Origin: a virus
DNA length: 64,000 bases
IMG/VR virus record: IMGVR_UViG_3300032323_003835
Location: 47,206 to 111,205 of that record
Direction: 5' to 3' (one strand)
Shown here: positions 1 to 10,615 of the stretch, in pieces
Layout: every line of letters begins with the position of its first letter
Numbering within the stretch: position 1 is the first letter of the stretch
Notes under the pieces: generated by a model
Database searches by the model: none
Told to the model about the DNA's origin: nothing
The model's input: only the letters and a program-made list of their open reading frames with translations
Position numbers and translations under genes: made by a program

Positions 1-172
1 CATTCATTGCAACCTCATTAGTTACAAATGCGGACTGCAATTTAATTCCAACATTACTTGATATGCTAAGCTCTGGTTTGATCTGCTCATGCACACTTGG
101 ATAGATGTCATCTTTAGTACATCCTGCTACAAAGAATGCCATTCCGAAAGATACGATTAATACTTTTTTCAT
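1..172 (-). CDS. Putative lipoprotein, partial (runs off window start)
   Basis: ATG at 172 reads MKKVLIVSFGMAFFVAGCTKDD..., with lipobox VAGC; resembles the adjacent 181..525 lipoprotein. Confidence 0.7.
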   Translation of the reverse strand, partial: MKKVLIVSFGMAFFVAGCTKDDIYPSVHEQIKPELSISSNVGIKLQSAFVTNEVAMN

Positions 173-180
173 TTTTTTTA

Positions 181-525
181 TTATTTTATTATTACGGTCG
201 TTTTTGCTATTTCTTTCTTGAGGGAATCCTCTAATAATAGATATAGGTATTTCGATTGTATTGAGTTTGTGTATATTTTTTTTACAACTTCACCTGCACT
301 ACTTGTGAATCTTTCTCTACTGATTACCTGATTTGTTTCTTTGTCAATTAGTGTAAGTGTATACACACCATCGAAAGGTACATTAAAATAGATAGATTGG
401 CCATTAGTTACGGAGCTTTCCTTAACACTGAATATGTCGTCTTTAGCTAATACATCAGGCAGTGGTAGTTCTGGTTTAGTACATCCAGCTAATAAAATCA
501 ACGATATCAAGATTATTTTTTTCAT
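181..525 (-). CDS. Putative lipoprotein
   Basis: MKKIILISLILLAGC lipobox signal; its start overlaps the stop of the upstream gene. Confidence 0.75.
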   Translation of the reverse strand: MKKIILISLILLAGCTKPELPLPDVLAKDDIFSVKESSVTNGQSIYFNVPFDGVYTLTLIDKETNQVISRERFTSSAGEVVKKIYTNSIQSKYLYLLLEDSLKKEIAKTTVIIK

Positions 526-1418
526 TAGAATTTAAAATTAGTTCCTATCATAAACATTATTGGGTTACTCTTTTTATATCCAACAGATTCACTTAGTTTA
601 TCCCAGGTTGTGTTATATCTGATATTGGTGTTTAGTATAAACCTTTTAGTTATTTTCCAATCGATAGATGTACCATAGTATAAGTCTAGATTAAAATCAT
701 CCAGATACCCTAAATCAGATTCGGTTCCATCTTTAAAAACTTTATACACATCACTCATTGCAAATATTTGAGGCGATATGTTTACCCTCTTCGTTTCGAA
801 TGTATATGTGTACATCGCCATACCTCTATATGTCATTTCGCTCGATGGAGGTATTTGTGGATAAATTAAATCCAAAAAATTGCCATCAACATCTACTGTA
901 TATTTTCCTTCCCATTCACCTGGATAACTTCCCCAGAATGATTTAGATGCAATTAAGCTATAACCGAACGTTCCCCACTTCTTAGTTCGAAATACATCTA
1001 TGAATGATAGTGTAATATCTTTTTGGAAGTTAAAATCCGTAGAGTAGAATGATTGTAAAGTCGTAGTCCTTTTCTGTGTGTTTTTACTAACACCATAACC
1101 TACACCGTAATAATTCCATATTGGATTTATTGATGCTGCAAAAGTGTGTCCCCATTTTCCGTTTATAGATGATTTATGGTATCCTAGATTAAGAGTAGTT
1201 GATACTTGTTTTCCTATAATACCTACTGAAAGGTTCGAAGACGAAAGGACATCCTTTGAAAAATTAACATAAGATTGTAATATACCCACATCGTTCCAAT
1301 CATCGCTTTCACCAAATAATTCTTTTGGAGACAGCTGTAATGTATCAGGTTTTTGTATTTGTGCATTTGATACAAATACAATTAAAAATAAAAATATGGT
1401 TAATACTATTTTTTTCAT
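525..1418 (-). CDS. Putative outer-membrane beta-barrel protein
   Basis: Signal peptide ending SNA-Q (Bacteroidota-type), alternating aromatic/hydrophobic strands, C-terminal Phe (GTNFKF). Confidence 0.6.
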   Translation of the reverse strand: MKKIVLTIFLFLIVFVSNAQIQKPDTLQLSPKELFGESDDWNDVGILQSYVNFSKDVLSSSNLSVGIIGKQVSTTLNLGYHKSSINGKWGHTFAASINPIWNYYGVGYGVSKNTQKRTTTLQSFYSTDFNFQKDITLSFIDVFRTKKWGTFGYSLIASKSFWGSYPGEWEGKYTVDVDGNFLDLIYPQIPPSSEMTYRGMAMYTYTFETKRVNISPQIFAMSDVYKVFKDGTESDLGYLDDFNLDLYYGTSIDWKITKRFILNTNIRYNTTWDKLSESVGYKKSNPIMFMIGTNFKF

Positions 1419-3715
1419 TAGTTTATTTTTACCTTTAATTGTGTTCCGTTCTTATTAACAGCATCTGTTGTTGATACTGATGTTAAACCTAATATGTTAT
1501 TAATTCCTATTAATGGAACGAATGTTATTTTATATTCGGTTTTGCTGTCTAATGTTGTTGATCCGTCTGTTATTAACGAGCCAAGCGTTACTGAAGATCC
1601 TCTATTAGCACCAAAATTGGTTGGATTACCCTTTGTTGTAAAATCAACTTTTTCAAAACTTAAAGCAGTATTATCATAGTTTAATTGAAATTGTGTTCCT
1701 ACAACTTCCTGCTGAAGAGGATCTAAAGATATTGTTATTATAACTTTTCCTCCAACTATTTCCCCCATTAAATAAGCCTTTATCTCATTAGAAGTTGATG
1801 TACTCATAGTTTTTAAACTCATACTTCTAACAGAATTACCGGCAACAGTACTTACACTTTGTTGTGCAGAATGGGATAAATTTACATCACCAACCCATGT
1901 TATGTTTACATTATAAGTATTGTTAAGTGTTCCTGTATTCAAACTGAACGGAAATAGACTTCTGGTTGAATTAAATTGTGTGTTCCAATTAGATTTCGTT
2001 ATTGCATCATAATCAGATTTACTATACAATTTCATCAAATAAGTTAATGCTGAAAACTGCGTAAGAGACTGTGCCCCAGTTAAGTGCTGTAATAGTCTAT
2101 ACGTATCAGCTTCGTTGAATATACCATTTCCGTCTACGTCTGCGTTCATAAACTGAATACCTGACGTAAATTCATTTCCGCTTTCATTACCAAATAATCC
2201 GCCTAATGATAATTCTTTAAATGCCAAATAAACATCAGATACTGTTACAATACTATTGTATAAAGAGTTTAATTCTGTTTGATTAGAATAAGACAATTCA
2301 ATCCCGTGTTGTTTAAATATTGTATTTGGGGAAAATGAATAATCTGCTTTAAATGCATACCATCCGTCCTGTAATCTTATATTGCTTTGGAACGAACTTG
2401 CAGCAACTTTACTAGCCAAATTAATATTTCCGGGTACTACCCATTGTTTCCACCATCCATTAAAATCCATTGGTGTAATTGGACCTTCGTAGATATCAAA
2501 TAACTTTACATATTTTACATTGTTTAAGTTAATACCAGTTCCACTAAATACTCTTTCATCAATTTGTAATCTATGCCCGTTTCTTGATTGTTCGTACGGA
2601 TTTATAAGCGACCATTCTACTTGACCCGGAACTATCGTTGCTCTGACTCCGTCGGATATCTTTGCTGTATCTAAATCGTTTGTAATATCAACTTTACCCA
2701 ATCCACTTATTGATCTTGATACATTAGTTGTTGTACCCCATACATTGTTTACATAAGTATTTGCTTTTGCTGAGAATTTAGTTTCATCTACATTACTACC
2801 AAAATCAAAATTGAATCTTGCGGTAAGGACTTCTCCGTTTGAGTGAGTTACTGAATTGGTATAGAACTCTGTAAATGTTGCATCGTCAGGATTAGTCCAA
2901 GTTCCATATTCGATTACATACGGATTACTAAAGTTATTAGGTAAATCGTTCCATTGAGAACCATTCCATTTTGTTACTGCGTAATCTTCATTACCAGAAT
3001 TGTTTGGTTCGCCCGGTGCCCAGTTATTATATTGTCCGGGTATGTTTCCGTTTGTTTGTCCATTATTTATTTTAATTAAAGTTCCTTTTTCAGGACCAGC
3101 ATCAATCACCCATCTGGCTTCACTTGCTTCATCAGTTAGTGCAAACCATATATTTGATTGAGGTACATTATTAAAAATAAAAGCATCTTCATCTGGTGAA
3201 GTGATTGTTACCAAATATCCTTTTTGACCTTTAAATGTTGTTAATTCAGCGGCAGCCCTTGCGTTTGTATAAGTTGCTCCGGTTGATATTGGTCTATAAA
3301 AGTGTCCGTTTGTTCCATTATAAAAGAAACCCGTTGGATTTACAGTTGCCGCTACTGATAATGCAATATTACCTCTTACCGAACCTGTGTTTACTTTAAG
3401 AGATGTTAATGCCGTATTAATACTTGCCATTGTGCCGGTTACCACTAAACGGGTCTTATTACCTGCTAATGTAAAACCACTTGCTGCGGTTAGACCTGTT
3501 GTTATGGTTAGGTTAAATGTTGTACCTGTTGGTGGATTAACTAAACTGATTGATGCTAATAGAGTTGATGTAGAAGTAAAACCACTTAATACGAATCCAC
3601 TAGCATCTTGTCCGGCAGTAGATGGTAAAAAAGATTTAGAGTCCGGAGCAGATACACTCTGTCCGAACCCTAAAAATGAAATTAGTAAAAAAAATATTAC
3701 TAATAATTTCTTCAT
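1418..3715 (-). CDS. Secreted protein with C-type lectin-like, dockerin-like and C-terminal cohesin-like segments
   Basis: Signal peptide; lectin motifs GYLVTITS, YNNWAPGEPNN, WND; EF-hand-like ADVDGNGIFNEAD; cohesin-like VGTQFQLNYDNTALSF. Confidence 0.7.
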   Translation of the reverse strand: MKKLLVIFFLLISFLGFGQSVSAPDSKSFLPSTAGQDASGFVLSGFTSTSTLLASISLVNPPTGTTFNLTITTGLTAASGFTLAGNKTRLVVTGTMASINTALTSLKVNTGSVRGNIALSVAATVNPTGFFYNGTNGHFYRPISTGATYTNARAAAELTTFKGQKGYLVTITSPDEDAFIFNNVPQSNIWFALTDEASEARWVIDAGPEKGTLIKINNGQTNGNIPGQYNNWAPGEPNNSGNEDYAVTKWNGSQWNDLPNNFSNPYVIEYGTWTNPDDATFTEFYTNSVTHSNGEVLTARFNFDFGSNVDETKFSAKANTYVNNVWGTTTNVSRSISGLGKVDITNDLDTAKISDGVRATIVPGQVEWSLINPYEQSRNGHRLQIDERVFSGTGINLNNVKYVKLFDIYEGPITPMDFNGWWKQWVVPGNINLASKVAASSFQSNIRLQDGWYAFKADYSFSPNTIFKQHGIELSYSNQTELNSLYNSIVTVSDVYLAFKELSLGGLFGNESGNEFTSGIQFMNADVDGNGIFNEADTYRLLQHLTGAQSLTQFSALTYLMKLYSKSDYDAITKSNWNTQFNSTRSLFPFSLNTGTLNNTYNVNITWVGDVNLSHSAQQSVSTVAGNSVRSMSLKTMSTSTSNEIKAYLMGEIVGGKVIITISLDPLQQEVVGTQFQLNYDNTALSFEKVDFTTKGNPTNFGANRGSSVTLGSLITDGSTTLDSKTEYKITFVPLIGINNILGLTSVSTTDAVNKNGTQLKVKIN

Positions 3716-3716
3716 A

Positions 3717-5357
3717 TTATTCTATAATTAAATTTATTTTGTTACCAGCTCCATCAACAGCATCTGATAAAACGAAATAAAATAAACCTGCGGTATTTGT
3801 TAATTGAACCTTAGGTGTGAAAATTAATCTATATGGTTTTCCTGTTTTAATTCTAGCGGTTTTTATCTGATCGATTGAACCGAAAGTTAATCTACCATCT
3901 TTATGTGTAGAGAAATTTGTCATGGTTGATCCTGAATCAAAGATTACATTATCTAATGTCAATTTAGATTCGTCATAATTCATAATAACCTCTAATCCTG
4001 CTAATCCTTCTTTTGTTAGGTTTGTAGTTAATACAACTTTACCACCTTCTAATGTTGATGTTACACTCAATTTAGCAGTCTCTAATGCCTCAGTTCTATA
4101 AGCCATTGATTGAGTTGACATAGTTGTCTTGGCGTTAATAGAATTTACAGAATTTGTAAATTGACCAGCATTAATTCTACTTAAAATTTCTGAAGGATCT
4201 GATGAATGTGACCAGTTCAAATCACCACCCCACGCAAATACCGCATAAACTTCCTTAACCGGGGTATCAATTTTAACTTTATTTTTAACATTACCGTCTA
4301 ACCAATCTTGATTTAATAAACCACTTTGCCATCTCCATGAAGTTGCAGTTGATGTTGGGATGAATGCGTTTGCTGAAACGTCTTGTCCCATAACATAAGC
4401 GAATGAATAATATGAATCCGATTCATTAAATACTGCATCATTCCTAGTTATATTACCGACTTTCTTCTCCAAATTAGGATACGTAAAGAAATTAGAATTA
4501 CCACTAATATCAGTTTGTGAGTGGCCTAAAAATGATTTATAAGCATCTGATACAGTAATGACGTTATTCATCCAAGCTTTTTGAGAAGCAGGACTTACGA
4601 ATACTCCAACAGAATCACCAACTTTAACCTGTGTTGTAAATAGTGCTTCTCCGGTAGCATCCAATGGTAATTGTGCAACTGGTGGTACCGCCCAATCAAT
4701 TGTTCCGTCGGTTTTTAATTTCATCAGCTGAACATTATGATCTGCGATTGTATAACCTTGCGGGAATAAAACTTTAACCTTGAATTGAGAAGTATTACCA
4801 ACCACATTTGTTAATGATAGATTAGTAGAATTTCTAGTGATCGGAGAAATGTTTGCAGACAAATCGCTGATAGCATACGCTAAATCCAATTTGTGTATAT
4901 CATTATAGGTATTTTGATCTTTTAACACATATTTTTGTGTTGCAATATCTCCGTTAATTGATGCATCAGCTCTTTGAACTGTTAATTGTCCAACGTTCCA
5001 ATCGTTGTTTAAGATGTAAGCCCAAGGAGTAGCTTGATATTGACCATATAAATTAGTAGCTGTCACATTTGGGGCAGGTGTAAATGAGTAATTGTTCCAT
5101 CCAGTAAAGAACGTTTGGGTTGAACTACCCTGTGTAAACGCAGTGCTGTTTGGCACCATTGCCAGTGCTTTGTTATTAAAGGAATATCTTAACCAAAAAT
5201 AACGCGGAAGAGAAGTACCCCTGTCTACTGTGTACTTTACTGTTAATGTATCACCAACTTTATAGGGAGGAGCAGGTGTTACCGATTGAAACACGTTAAT
5301 TTGAGCAAATGACGATAGGGACATTAACATTCCCAGGACTGTTAGTAGTTTTTTCAT
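3717..5357 (-). CDS. Secreted protein with dockerin-like and C-terminal cohesin-like segments
   Basis: Signal peptide (SFA-Q); ITVSDAY and GDLNWSHS motifs shared with 1418..3715; C-terminal LAGLEVIMNYDESKL. Confidence 0.65.
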   Translation of the reverse strand: MKKLLTVLGMLMSLSSFAQINVFQSVTPAPPYKVGDTLTVKYTVDRGTSLPRYFWLRYSFNNKALAMVPNSTAFTQGSSTQTFFTGWNNYSFTPAPNVTATNLYGQYQATPWAYILNNDWNVGQLTVQRADASINGDIATQKYVLKDQNTYNDIHKLDLAYAISDLSANISPITRNSTNLSLTNVVGNTSQFKVKVLFPQGYTIADHNVQLMKLKTDGTIDWAVPPVAQLPLDATGEALFTTQVKVGDSVGVFVSPASQKAWMNNVITVSDAYKSFLGHSQTDISGNSNFFTYPNLEKKVGNITRNDAVFNESDSYYSFAYVMGQDVSANAFIPTSTATSWRWQSGLLNQDWLDGNVKNKVKIDTPVKEVYAVFAWGGDLNWSHSSDPSEILSRINAGQFTNSVNSINAKTTMSTQSMAYRTEALETAKLSVTSTLEGGKVVLTTNLTKEGLAGLEVIMNYDESKLTLDNVIFDSGSTMTNFSTHKDGRLTFGSIDQIKTARIKTGKPYRLIFTPKVQLTNTAGLFYFVLSDAVDGAGNKINLIIE

Positions 5358-5358
5358 T

Positions 5359-5862
5359 TTAATTTAATAATTGTTTTATTGCTGTTCCGCATACCTTTTT
5401 AATAACAGTTGAAACGGATTGTTGATTCATCTTTCCTCCCTCGTCAACTATTAATGTTGACACTGAAATTTCGGATGCTTTTTCGGTTATTAAACATTCT
5501 TTTATTTTTTTCCCCTTGCTATCTAGGAGGTATGCTTTTATTTTTAATACGGTTTCAGCGTTGTTCTTATGGAATACAGCAACGCTAGATTTTGTTGTTT
5601 CAACATCAAAGAATAAAAGATCTATATTGATTTTATAATCAAATTTGGTCTCATCTTCTACTATGTCAAAATTTGTTTCTTGGAGATATTCTTCTAGGAG
5701 ATTTTTGAATCCAAAAGTTAACGGCCTGGATCCTGCTAAATTACCGATCATGATCTTATTGTTTATTTCTCCAATAAGAACAGACTTTCCCTGCCCGAAT
5801 GATGAAAGGGCAAAAAGGGAAACTACTAAAGTTAGTGTGAGAGATTTAAAGAGGTTTGGCAT
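5359..5862 (-). CDS. Secreted hypothetical protein, first gene of the surface-protein operon
   Basis: Signal peptide ending SFG-Q; 1 bp from the next gene; GATATATA motif upstream (~6023-6032). Confidence 0.6.
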   Translation of the reverse strand: MPNLFKSLTLTLVVSLFALSSFGQGKSVLIGEINNKIMIGNLAGSRPLTFGFKNLLEEYLQETNFDIVEDETKFDYKINIDLLFFDVETTKSSVAVFHKNNAETVLKIKAYLLDSKGKKIKECLITEKASEISVSTLIVDEGGKMNQQSVSTVIKKVCGTAIKQLLN

Positions 5863-6069
5863 TTTTTCCTATTTTATTAGGAAAAAACCCGGCATTCCCC
5901 CTAAGGAGGGCTTCAAATAAAGATCATTTCTGATTGGGGATCGTGTTTCCCAAAGAGAGACCTTTATGATTTGCTGGTAAAAAAATTGTTTGCTTTTTTA
6001 CCGAATGAGGATTTTTTCGAGTTTATATATCTAATACAACTCTGAAAATCCACATAGTAAAAATAATAT

Positions 6070-6459
6070 TTATAATGATATTTGGAAACGGTCTTTCATC
6101 CTTTTAAGAGTATCGTCAGGTACCCCGTGTAAATTTTTATTCCCATGACGATTTTCTATTATAATAGAAAAAACCTGATATTCATACTTTTCTGCCAGAT
6201 CATAGTATGCTTTCATTTCCCAATCCTGTGTGAATGTATTAGAAACTGCAATTTTATGTTTTCCCCACACCATTGCAGATTCGGTCTTTGATCTACACCA
6301 TTCATGAGCATCCTTTATTTTTGATGCATCAAAAGAATATTCGCCTGACTGGTTTATAAAATATTGATCCGCTTCAAAATATGTATCAGTAATTTGAGAT
6401 GCGAAAGTTGACTTACCTGATCCTGGTAATCCCCTAACAATAAATAAAGATTTCTCCAC
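6070..6459 (-). CDS. P-loop AAA_33-like kinase/ATPase
   Basis: Walker A GLPGSGKST; SNTF and HGVP motifs typical of phage AAA_33 proteins. Confidence 0.8.
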   Translation of the reverse strand: MEKSLFIVRGLPGSGKSTFASQITDTYFEADQYFINQSGEYSFDASKIKDAHEWCRSKTESAMVWGKHKIAVSNTFTQDWEMKAYYDLAEKYEYQVFSIIIENRHGNKNLHGVPDDTLKRMKDRFQISL

Positions 6460-6510
6460 TTGCTTAATTTTTAAGCAATTTAAAATAAAATAACGGTAAA
6501 CAAAAATGTA

Positions 6511-6639
6511 TTATCTTCCTTGTCCTCTGTAGTTCTTCTCTTTACGATCGCTCTTGTTGCGATTCTTCTTAGCAGTTCCTCTTCTTCTTTTACCGAAGGT
6601 AACTTTTTGACTGCTGGAGGTTCCTTTTGCCTTTGCCAT
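6511..6639 (-). CDS. Small basic protein (42 aa) ending YRGQGR
   Basis: Read by eye, below the ORF-track cutoff: MAKAKGTSSSQKVTFGKRRRG...NYRGQGR; similar peptides occur in T4-like phages. Confidence 0.6.
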   Translation of the reverse strand: MAKAKGTSSSQKVTFGKRRRGTAKKNRNKSDRKEKNYRGQGR

Positions 6640-6681
6640 TATTTGGGGTTTTTTACTATATATTCCCCAAAGTTAATTTTT

Positions 6682-7149
6682 TTAATGTCCAAAGGGAACT
6701 ACATATATGTCGTCCCATTCTTCACCTTTCATTCCATCAAGTATGGATTTGGCTAGTGAGAATCTTCTATAAGAATCATATTTTAATTCCTGCTCTATTG
6801 CAGATAAAACTTGTAATAATGGAATTGCCGGTAAGGGATCTCCGTAGAGATCCTCTTTAATTTTTTCATCTCCTTCCCAGATCTCGACATTAACATAATC
6901 CATTCCAAGATCGAACAATTCTGCTGATTTAGAATCCAATCCCAGATGCGATCCCTTAACACTATTTAAAAATCTCCAATCATTAAATTCAGGGGATATT
7001 TCCTTGCCCTTGGAAAAAAGAATTAATTTAGATAGTGCACCTATCCCTATTTTAGAAAGGTCAACCCTAGCTACCTCTAGAAACGATTTATCTCTTAACA
7101 CTCCAACAATTAATTTAATCTCGTACCCCATATCACCGGAACTATTCAA
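6682..7149 (-). CDS. Hypothetical protein
   Basis: 155-aa ORF in a co-oriented run. Confidence 0.6.
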   Translation of the reverse strand: MNSSGDMGYEIKLIVGVLRDKSFLEVARVDLSKIGIGALSKLILFSKGKEISPEFNDWRFLNSVKGSHLGLDSKSAELFDLGMDYVNVEIWEGDEKIKEDLYGDPLPAIPLLQVLSAIEQELKYDSYRRFSLAKSILDGMKGEEWDDIYVVPFGH

Positions 7150-7351
7150 AATAACTTTTGCTGAAAACTGACGTAACTAATTTGTCGGAATGGATTATTC
7201 TTAAGTACTTTTCCTGATCTATCCCGGATTGATCCTGGTGTATCCAAACTTTCTCGGAAGGCTTAAGTGGATTGGGTAGATGCAAGTTCCAACCTTTTTC
7301 TGAAATCCCTTTTTTAAGGGTTACTGTTTTTAAATTTTCTATAGATTCCAT
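7142..7351 (-). CDS. Hypothetical protein
   Basis: Tightly packed ORF. Confidence 0.55.
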   Translation of the reverse strand: MESIENLKTVTLKKGISEKGWNLHLPNPLKPSEKVWIHQDQSGIDQEKYLRIIHSDKLVTSVFSKSYFE

Positions 7352-7353
7352 GT

Positions 7354-7575
7354 TTAATATTTATTATGATCCGTGAATAATGGATCTATTGACTGATCGA
7401 TCTGTGTTGATTTTTTTCTTTCTATGTAGTCTAGTGCAGATTTTCCCATATGATCCATAAAATCGAAATTATCATTGAAGATATCTTTTTTAATCCCCGG
7501 ATTTAATCCGTTTATCTTATTAAAAGAATCTAATTTTTTAGATATCTGTTCTAAATATTCCTTGCTCGGTATCAT
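7354..7575 (-). CDS. Hypothetical protein
   Basis: Tightly packed ORF. Confidence 0.55.
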   Translation of the reverse strand: MIPSKEYLEQISKKLDSFNKINGLNPGIKKDIFNDNFDFMDHMGKSALDYIERKKSTQIDQSIDPLFTDHNKY

Positions 7576-7585
7576 ATTTTATAAT

Positions 7586-8272
7586 TTATATTTTCCAAAA
7601 ATATAATAGGGTCTGATGACCAGCCCCGTGTATCCATCCATTAAAACCTGCCTGATTTATTCTGTTAACAAATGCTTCCATTAGCTTTGTGTTTGAATTC
7701 TCGGTAATCCCGGATACGTTGTGCCACTCAATAAATATTCTATCAATCTTTCTTAGCGTATCGTCTGTTATTGTATTAAAACAGGATCTTTCTGCTCCCT
7801 CTATGTCAACCTTAAGAAAATCTATTCGGTCTAGTTTGCAAATAGAAAACACATCATCCAGTGTTATAGCTTCGACAAGTGCTTTTTCTTGTAAAGATGG
7901 CCAAAGCCCTATTTCAAACATACCTCTGTGGTCCGTGATTGCTTTATTATAGGTTTTCCAATTAACACCCTTATTCATCAATAAAGACTCGTAAACAACC
8001 GGATCTGCCTCGAATGAATATATTTCTTTAACCCCAATCCTTTCCGCATATCTAGAGGACATACCTATATTAGACCCAAGATCGACAAAAATATCCCCGG
8101 GTTTGACCGAGCATTCCGGTTGAAAGCTTAGTTCAGTGTGATGAAAGGTAGACCAATACATACATGCCTCCCATCCATATTCTCTTTCGACATCAGATTG
8201 TGAAACATTGAAATTAACATTATCGAAATCCATTAATTTTCCACCTATGGTGTGGAATTTTTCTCTCATCAT
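7586..8272 (-). CDS. FkbM-family SAM-dependent methyltransferase
   Basis: VDLGSNIG, SFEADP, IDFLKVDIEGAE and IEWH motifs. Confidence 0.85.
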   Translation of the reverse strand: MMREKFHTIGGKLMDFDNVNFNVSQSDVEREYGWEACMYWSTFHHTELSFQPECSVKPGDIFVDLGSNIGMSSRYAERIGVKEIYSFEADPVVYESLLMNKGVNWKTYNKAITDHRGMFEIGLWPSLQEKALVEAITLDDVFSICKLDRIDFLKVDIEGAERSCFNTITDDTLRKIDRIFIEWHNVSGITENSNTKLMEAFVNRINQAGFNGWIHGAGHQTLLYFWKI

Positions 8273-8283
8273 ATTCTGTATAT

Positions 8284-8973
8284 TTATTTAGTTCTGTAGT
8301 AATTTTTAAAGTTGTCTGAGAATGCTTTCGTGTACTTTTGGATCTCTTTGGTATCAAAAGAAGAATATAAACCAGTAGATAAAATTGCTTGAATTTCGTC
8401 ACAAATTATTTTATCATCATCAGCATATCCCATTTTAATCAACGATTTTTTTATCGAATTGTAATCCTTCTTTTTCATTTCCGATATTAAAATATCGCAG
8501 GATTTTTTATATTTCTTATTTGTGAAATATAGACCATGTGCTATTTCATGGTCCATAGTTTGGGATTTAAAACCATCAGCTCCTATTAGGTACCAATTCG
8601 TCCTTATTCCTGCGTTTTTATTCTGCGAATCAAGAGAGCAATAAAAATAAATATCATTCATCACAACATCATATTCCGTTTCTTTGTAAAACAGATTGTG
8701 TGCTTTTTTAAGAATATTTGATGGTATATTATACCCGGACCAGTCCCACGGATAGTTAAATACTTTTGATCCACGTTCGGTCTTGTATAATTTCATGAAT
8801 TCGAACAGGGTAAAGTATTTTCCTCTTATTTTTTTGAAGGGTGATTCATAAAACTCTTGATATCTACAAAAAAGCATAGCCCTATCGTAATGATCCTTTA
8901 TAGCTGCTCCGTATATTTTTGGAGCTATTTCTTTAACAGTGCCACTCACAAGTCTGCTTTTTATTTTATGCAT
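8284..8973 (-). CDS. Hypothetical protein with HEXXH zinc motif
   Basis: DHEIAHG followed downstream by DEIQA. Confidence 0.6.
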   Translation of the reverse strand: MHKIKSRLVSGTVKEIAPKIYGAAIKDHYDRAMLFCRYQEFYESPFKKIRGKYFTLFEFMKLYKTERGSKVFNYPWDWSGYNIPSNILKKAHNLFYKETEYDVVMNDIYFYCSLDSQNKNAGIRTNWYLIGADGFKSQTMDHEIAHGLYFTNKKYKKSCDILISEMKKKDYNSIKKSLIKMGYADDDKIICDEIQAILSTGLYSSFDTKEIQKYTKAFSDNFKNYYRTK

Positions 8974-9127
8974 TCTTAAGATATTAAATTAATCAAAAAT
9001 ACGAACAATTCTCGAGGAATTAAAACGTTTAAAATTGTAGCTATTATTTACCAAATATTTCAGTGATAGGGAATTTTTAATAAAATCCTACATTTTTTTT
9101 GAATATATAAATCAAATAACAAAAATT

Positions 9128-9427
9128 ATGGGAATATTAATATTAGCGGTCGCAATATGTTCTTTGTATTTAATTTACGTAAGCAAAACAAAAAAAGATA
9201 AACCTAAAGTACAGGAAGCCCCAGAAAAAATAGAACCTACTACAAACATAGAGATTGTGCAAGATGTAGAGTTACCAGTTAAAAAAACAAGAAAGCCAGC
9301 AGCTAAGAAGCCAGAGGTTAAAAAACCAGCAGCTAAAAAACCAACAGCTAAGAAGCCAGAATCTAAAAAACCAGCAGTTAAAAAAACTAAGGCTGAACCG
9401 GCTAAATCAAAGAAGTCTAAAAAGTAA
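9128..9427 (+). CDS. Membrane-anchored Lys/Ala/Pro-rich (histone H1-like) protein
   Basis: N-terminal hydrophobic helix, then KKPxx pentapeptide repeats; GAATATATAA motif upstream at ~9101. Confidence 0.7.
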   Translation: MGILILAVAICSLYLIYVSKTKKDKPKVQEAPEKIEPTTNIEIVQDVELPVKKTRKPAAKKPEVKKPAAKKPTAKKPESKKPAVKKTKAEPAKSKKSKK

Positions 9428-9453
9428 TAAGGATCACCAAGAATCTGGACGAT

Positions 9454-10611
9454 TTAAATATCATCTAGTATACCCGCCTGTATTAAATCGGATACATTAT
9501 TTATAGATTTCTGGAATGTTTTATTGGTGTTTCTGCTAGTAATCTCTTTAATTACCCTCTGTTTTATGTGAACCGGAAGTCTGTCATAGATCTTTGTTAT
9601 CTTGATAGGGTCCTTAGAATAACTACCATAAATATAGTCAGATACATCCATATAATCTAAAAATCTACTTAGATGCTCTTGATCTCTGTAATCGATAAGA
9701 TCCCACGATAAAGCAATTGCAACATTGTAAGGTGTACCAGTAGAAACATCTTTAGCTAGTAGATTGAGTGTTTTTTCAGAAACTATATTACCAGATAAAA
9801 CCAAATTTTCTGGGTTCATTACGGGAAGTCCCTCTAAAGAATTTAAAAGATTCGAAGAGCAATTGAATCCAGATTCTACCGTTTGTGGGGATCCCTTAAG
9901 ATTTTCTAATAAATTATTATTACACACAAAATCACCGAGTACTATTGATGGGCCAAGATCAAGAGAGGATAAACTATTATTAGAGCATATAAACTTACCA
10001 TTTAGTTTATTGGGGGATCCTTTTAGGGTTTCAAGATTATTTTCTGAACAGTTGTACAGTTTTCCTACATTTTTTGGTCCTCCCACTAACGATGTTAATA
10101 GGTTGTTTTCGCATTGGAAAAACCCACCGACTTCTTTTGGAGATCCAATAAGGGATGTTAATTTATTAACAGTTACTCGATAATCCCCGTTGACTTTAAT
10201 TGGTCCTCCTTCTAGAGATGTTAATTCATTAAAATCTGCTATGAAATTTCCTGGTATCTCCTGAGTACATCCCTTTAATGTTTCTATCTCGTTGTACATA
10301 CAATCGAAATTTGACCCAACGATTATTGGGGAATATTTTAGGGATTTTAGTTTATTAGAAGAGCATCTGAATGATCCCCCAATCTCTTCTGGGCAATTTA
10401 TGAGGGATTCTAAATTATTATTGGAGCAATTAAAATTGCCGGTGATTTTTTTAATTCCTACTTTAGGTAAAGTTTTTTGTTCAGGTTTCAGACCGTTTGA
10501 ACAATCAAAATCCCCATCTATTAAAACTGAACCTTCATTGGTAAGGATCCAAGAACCTGATACAAATTTATTTAAAAATTCTATTAAAGATGAGGATAGC
10601 TTTTTTGACAT
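9454..10611 (-). CDS. 22-residue LRR-like repeat protein
   Basis: Repeats of FxCxxNxLxSLxGxPxxVGG. Confidence 0.8.
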   Translation of the reverse strand: MSKKLSSSLIEFLNKFVSGSWILTNEGSVLIDGDFDCSNGLKPEQKTLPKVGIKKITGNFNCSNNNLESLINCPEEIGGSFRCSSNKLKSLKYSPIIVGSNFDCMYNEIETLKGCTQEIPGNFIADFNELTSLEGGPIKVNGDYRVTVNKLTSLIGSPKEVGGFFQCENNLLTSLVGGPKNVGKLYNCSENNLETLKGSPNKLNGKFICSNNSLSSLDLGPSIVLGDFVCNNNLLENLKGSPQTVESGFNCSSNLLNSLEGLPVMNPENLVLSGNIVSEKTLNLLAKDVSTGTPYNVAIALSWDLIDYRDQEHLSRFLDYMDVSDYIYGSYSKDPIKITKIYDRLPVHIKQRVIKEITSRNTNKTFQKSINNVSDLIQAGILDDI

Positions 10612-10615
10612 TCAT

